Shown: positions 59,791-64,000 of the stretch, one piece after another | Layout of the letters: each line of letters opens with the position of its first letter | Position numbering within the stretch: position 1 is the first letter of the stretch | Source: Alloascoidea hylecoeti | Taxonomy: Eukaryota | Assembly (NCBI GenBank): GCA_001600815.1 | Contig: BCKZ01000016.1 | Location: 175,077-239,076, forward strand | Reading direction: 5' to 3' | DNA length: 64,000 bases | Translations under genes and position numbers: made by a program | Notes under the pieces: generated by a model | Database searches by the model: none | What the model was told of the DNA's origin: nothing | Seen by the model: only the letters and a program-made list of their open reading frames with translations

Positions 59791-62700
59791 TTATGATTTT
59801 GATTTTGATTTTGATTTTGATTTTGCTAATATCATAGAAAGCAGAGTTCCTTCACCTGCCAAAGATAAAAAATCTGAAGTAGTCACTGATACTTGTGTAA
59901 GATCAGTCGTCGTTTTAGATTCATCTGATAATACCATAAAATCTTCATCATTTATATTCCCGTTATTGAGTGCTTCAACATTTTTCGAGGTGACTATTTC
60001 ATCTGACTGTTTATTATTTGGGTTTTCGACAGTTAGTGATAAATTATATTGAGAGGTTTTGTCACGAATAGGAGTAATAGAGGTGCTCACATTTGATGAC
60101 ATTCCGTTAGCTGGGTTTATATCAGCTACAGAATTAATTATGATTTGATCTGTTTTCTTTGGTTGTTGAACTTGTTGAACCTGTTGAGCATGCTCTTGAA
60201 GCGCCTGCTGTTGTTGTGCTTGTTGTTGTGCTTGTTGTTGTGCTTGTTGTTGTGCTTGTTGTTGTGCTTGTTGTTGTGCTTGTTGTTGTGCTTGTTGTTG
60301 TGCTTGTTGTTGNNNNNNNNNNNNNNNNNNNNNNNNNNNNNNNNNNNNNNNNNNNNNNNNNNNNNNNNNNNNNNNNNNNNNNNNNNNNNNNNNNNNNNNN
60401 NNNNNNNNNNNNGCTTGTTGTTGTGCTTGTTGTTGTGCTTGTTGTTGTGCTTGTTGTTGTGCTTGTTGTTGTGCTTGTTGTTGTGCTTGTTGTTGTGCTT
60501 GTTGTTGAATCCAATGCACTTGTTGAACTTGCTGAGCCTGTTGCTGAGTCTGTAGCTGAGTCTGTAGCTGAGCCTGTAGCTGAGCCTGTTGCTGAGCCTG
60601 TTGCTGAGCCTGTTGCTGAGCCTGTTGCTGAGCCTGTTGCTGAGCCTGTTGCTGAGCCTGTTGCTGAGCCTGTTGTAAATATATTGCATTTTCTCGTTTA
60701 AGGAGCTCACTAAGAAGATTCTGAATCATACCAAATAATAAGACACCATATTCTTTGTTTGAGATAGATTGCAGAATTAATTGATATCGGGTCCTTAGGG
60801 ATGTTGAAGGATCAAGTGCGTCAAGATTGGATAACTGATGCCGGATAAATTCCGACGGAATAGTAGCAACTCCTTCCCCCTTCAGAGAATTTATGATTTG
60901 AAGAAGGGGATATACCAGAGATGACCTGGATTTAATCTGCTTGATTGAATTTGTTGTACAAAGAGCAATAAAATTGTCAAACTCTTGTTCTTTTGTTCTT
61001 AGAGATGAAGTTTCAACACTAGACCCTGGTTGGTTTGTCATATCCACTGGTGGATTAACTCCCCGTGATTTATTCTGTGTATGTGTAGGTACTTTTATAG
61101 GGTTGAAATCCCTAGATATCTGTGAATTCATTTGTGGTCGTGTATTGCTTATATAATTTTGATGTTGCAACGTCTCTGACGGTTGTTGAAGTAAGGGCTG
61201 TTCGACTGAATATCCTTGATGTTGAGGTTGAGTCAAAATTGGTCTATTGTAACTATTTTGAGTGGTTGAACCCCCAATCTGAGGCTGTTGTGGCTGTGAT
61301 GGAGAGTGACGATTTCCCATATTACTGGAGCGTTGAATACTGGCTTGATGCAGGTTCCGAGATTTAGACATTCGTGTTTTAGCCGTGTTTAACTGTTCCG
61401 CTTCGGATTTTAATTGATTTATCAATTTATTAAAAATATTGAGTAATTCTACATTTCCTTTGCTTGATTTGGAGAGTAGGCCAACACGATTCGCTTCATA
61501 TTCCTGTATCTTCTGTTTAAGTGTTTCCAATCGTATGTCTAATAATGCTATATCTGAAAGATTGACTATCGTCTGAGTTACCGATGGAGTTATTGGCTGC
61601 TGATTACTTCCAACAAACGTAACGTTTTTAGAGGATTGGGGCAACGTCTCGTTTATAGCAGAAGTATCCGAAGAATGTCTTGTTATAATGGTATTGGGAG
61701 TGGTATTCGTCAGTGGTGATGGGTTGTGGATCCCTAAACTAGAGTGTCTAGGATTTTGATTCTGCACTGGAAATTTTGGGGATGAAGTTGTCACCGTGTT
61801 GTATCGGGAATTAATTTCATTTGCAGAATTCTGACGTTGATGTTGGATAGGGTTGTTGGACATCAGAATATTGGGACTATTCGTCTGTGTTTGATTTTGA
61901 TTATCTGATGAAACCATTACGCCATTACTTATGGAGGACTCGATGAAAGATCGGTCTCTGCCATTTTCGCCTGTTTTATGAGAAGCTTTACGATTAAATA
62001 ATGATCTTGATGAATCCGAATAATTATTAAAATTTTGGCTAGTCTGTTGAGGTACCGGGATATTTCGATGTTTGTTGGTGTTCATTTTTTCAGATCGATT
62101 TGTTTCATTTTGTTCAGATTGAGCTTGGTTCATAGAAATATCAGCATCTGCTTGATTTAGTTCTGAAAATATAACTTTATTTGGTACATACTCAGCATTA
62201 CCTTCCCTAGGTGGCTGTGAGGAAACTTCCCTTATTTCTTCATTGAAGAGGAAATACTTTGGGTCTACTTTTGGATTGGATTCATTCTTAACCCTCTGTT
62301 TTTTGAGTCTTTTAACAAAAAATGGTTCTATTCTTGACTTAAATCTGTAAGTTTTGTTCTTCAAGTCAGGTGAAGTAATCAAGTTATCATCTTTATCATA
62401 GATTTCATTGCAAATAAAGATAGGAGCCATCACAATTCGTATATTTTCAGGGATATTATAACAAACTGGTCCATCTTCCTCTAATGTAGTGTTTATGCCA
62501 CGAAGAAAAGAGGCAACTCGAGGACCTTTTAATAGGGAGCACGAGCATAAAATTTCTTCCAATTCATCAGGGTATTGTCCTTTACAGGAAGATTCTTCAT
62601 CTTCATCCAATATTATAACCTCCCTATTAGTCACAGGTTTAATGAATTCAGAATTTAAACTGCTTAGCTGCTCAACTGGAGGCATGGGAGATTTGTTGGA

Positions 62701-64000
62701 ACAGCCATCTGCATAATCTTGCATTTGATTCACTATTCTTGATTGATTTACTCCATCAGTATTTGTTTTCGCGATGTTATATTGATTTCCAGTTAATATG
62801 GGAGAATTGATATGATCACTGGCATTTTGTGGTTCACTCATCCCCGGTACTGGATCTGTTAGTGAAATCGAAGAAGATTCTGGAGCCCGATTTTGCTTAT
62901 GATTTGAAGGACTCGGGGGATGGGATTCGCGGTCAGATGCTGGGGGTGTTTCGGCTGCTCCTTTAATTTGTTGACTTTTAAGTACCACTACTCGTTGTTT
63001 AGCTTTTTGGTTATTTTGGTTGTCAGTGGAGTTTGTTAGTTTATCAGTCGCATCTGACTCTGATGATCTGATAATCTGTGTTTCAGAGCTATTTGCTTCA
63101 AATGCTTTACTTTCATTATTCGTAGAGTACTGCTTATTTCTTGGTTTCGTAACACCACCAGAACTTACCAGCGGAGAAGAAATTAATTGGTGAGCTTTGG
63201 TAGGTTCTTCGCAAATGGAATCTTTTTCAAATACTGATTGATCATTTATTTCGGAACTTTTTCTTTCCTGGTCTTCATGAGTCGTTATTTTATCTTTCGA
63301 TTCTTTTTCTGCTTCTAATGTTTTAAAGGTAATATGTTTTTTTCGGGTATGTGCCTCTATATTTTCTGTGGTAGAGTCATTACTTGTTATTCTTTTCAAC
63401 GATATCATACCGTCATTAGCATTTCCCTTTTGTGAATCTGAAGGCTGTACCTCAGGCTTGGGTATATTGCTGGTTTTACTTGCCTTATTAGTTTCAAACC
63501 TTTTTGTAGAATCAAATTTTGGGCTATGCTTAGGAGCCTTCGATAATATATTTGATTCAATTTCATTCATTACTTTTCCAGCAGAAAGTATGGAATGTGA
63601 AAGTAATTTGCTATTACTTTTTTGAGTATTAGGATCAGCTTGAACGTCATTGGAAGCAGGGGAGTCAGTAGGTACGGCATGTTTAGCAAATCTATTTGAT
63701 AAGTAGTGATCCTTATTGTTACTCACTTGTTCATCCCCATAATCGATCGCGATGTGGTGCAATTTGTTATCATTTGATTTTAAGGATTCGCGTCGCGTTT
63801 GTTGAACCTTATAGCCCATATGATCATTATGGTTACTATTACCACGCTTAATCGGAGGAGTATCTGCGCCGTTTATTAGATGTACACTACCTTTTCTCTT
63901 CCTGTGGTTTATAAACACAGAAGGAAGTCTTTTTTGAGAGTGTCCAGCTAGGGGCTTCCTGGGAAGGGACGGGATTGTCGCTTTTGGTGCTGATTCCGCA
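59791..64000 (-). CDS. Large low-complexity Q/N/S-rich protein of unknown function; 5' end beyond window
   Basis: Frame stays open from 59791 to the window end; long (QQQA)n tract; no domain recognised. Confidence 0.75.
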   Translation of the reverse strand, partial: AESAPKATIPSLPRKPLAGHSQKRLPSVFINHRKRKGSVHLINGADTPPIKRGNSNHNDHMGYKVQQTRRESLKSNDNKLHHIAIDYGDEQVSNNKDHYLSNRFAKHAVPTDSPASNDVQADPNTQKSNSKLLSHSILSAGKVMNEIESNILSKAPKHSPKFDSTKRFETNKASKTSNIPKPEVQPSDSQKGNANDGMISLKRITSNDSTTENIEAHTRKKHITFKTLEAEKESKDKITTHEDQERKSSEINDQSVFEKDSICEEPTKAHQLISSPLVSSGGVTKPRNKQYSTNNESKAFEANSSETQIIRSSESDATDKLTNSTDNQNNQKAKQRVVVLKSQQIKGAAETPPASDRESHPPSPSNHKQNRAPESSSISLTDPVPGMSEPQNASDHINSPILTGNQYNIAKTNTDGVNQSRIVNQMQDYADGCSNKSPMPPVEQLSSLNSEFIKPVTNREVIILDEDEESSCKGQYPDELEEILCSCSLLKGPRVASFLRGINTTLEEDGPVCYNIPENIRIVMAPIFICNEIYDKDDNLITSPDLKNKTYRFKSRIEPFFVKRLKKQRVKNESNPKVDPKYFLFNEEIREVSSQPPREGNAEYVPNKVIFSELNQADADISMNQAQSEQNETNRSEKMNTNKHRNIPVPQQTSQNFNNYSDSSRSLFNRKASHKTGENGRDRSFIESSISNGVMVSSDNQNQTQTNSPNILMSNNPIQHQRQNSANEINSRYNTVTTSSPKFPVQNQNPRHSSLGIHNPSPLTNTTPNTIITRHSSDTSAINETLPQSSKNVTFVGSNQQPITPSVTQTIVNLSDIALLDIRLETLKQKIQEYEANRVGLLSKSSKGNVELLNIFNKLINQLKSEAEQLNTAKTRMSKSRNLHQASIQRSSNMGNRHSPSQPQQPQIGGSTTQNSYNRPILTQPQHQGYSVEQPLLQQPSETLQHQNYISNTRPQMNSQISRDFNPIKVPTHTQNKSRGVNPPVDMTNQPGSSVETSSLRTKEQEFDNFIALCTTNSIKQIKSRSSLVYPLLQIINSLKGEGVATIPSEFIRHQLSNLDALDPSTSLRTRYQLILQSISNKEYGVLLFGMIQNLLSELLKRENAIYLQQAQQQAQQQAQQQAQQQAQQQAQQQAQQQAQLQAQLQTQLQTQQQAQQVQQVHWIQQQAQQQAQQQAQQQAQQQAQQQAQQQAQQQXXXXXXXXXXXXXXXXXXXXXXXXXXXXXXXXXXQQQAQQQAQQQAQQQAQQQAQQQAQQQAQQQAQQQQALQEHAQQVQQVQQPKKTDQIIINSVADINPANGMSSNVSTSITPIRDKTSQYNLSLTVENPNNKQSDEIVTSKNVEALNNGNINDEDFMVLSDESKTTTDLTQVSVTTSDFLSLAGEGTLLSMILAKSKSKSKSKS
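60205..60676 (-). repeat. Coding 12-bp tandem repeats (QQQA)n with a 100-N gap at 60313-60412
   Basis: (CAACAACAAGCA)n and (CAGCAACAGGCT)n blocks. Confidence 0.95.

Noticed and set aside
60134..60710. Alternative-frame ORFs (STTT, NNKH, LLLC, VVVL repeats)
   Set aside because: Stop-free shadows of the QQQA repeat.

Overview
Eukaryotic, AT-rich budding-yeast (Saccharomycotina) DNA using the standard genetic code (CTG sits at conserved Leu positions in Hsp104 and Pba1). About 26 protein genes are present: BBC1 (partial), a WOR1/MIT1-type WOPR factor, alternative oxidase, a small GPI-type protein, a phocein/MOB4-like gene, UPS1, UGA3-like, NOP56, UGX2-like, PBA1, YKE2, COQ9, SFA1, ACO1, HSP104, KRR1, a COX26-like microprotein missed by the ORF track, SET6, TUM1, a shortened ATG29, REV3, VPH1, MAM3, GEM1 and a large Gln-rich ORF (partial). 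At least 17 short introns were reconstructed by eye. The first 15 kb holds decayed Tc1/mariner elements, two tRNA genes and two 5'-truncated poly(A)-tailed LINE copies, each starting about 25-32 bp downstream of a tRNA gene in the same orientation. Other notable items are a decayed tandem NOP56 copy beside a pogo/Fot1 relic, and a 5S rRNA-derived sequence containing a tRNA-type B-box next to the VPH1 promoter. All homology calls come from reading and recalled family motifs; no searches were run.
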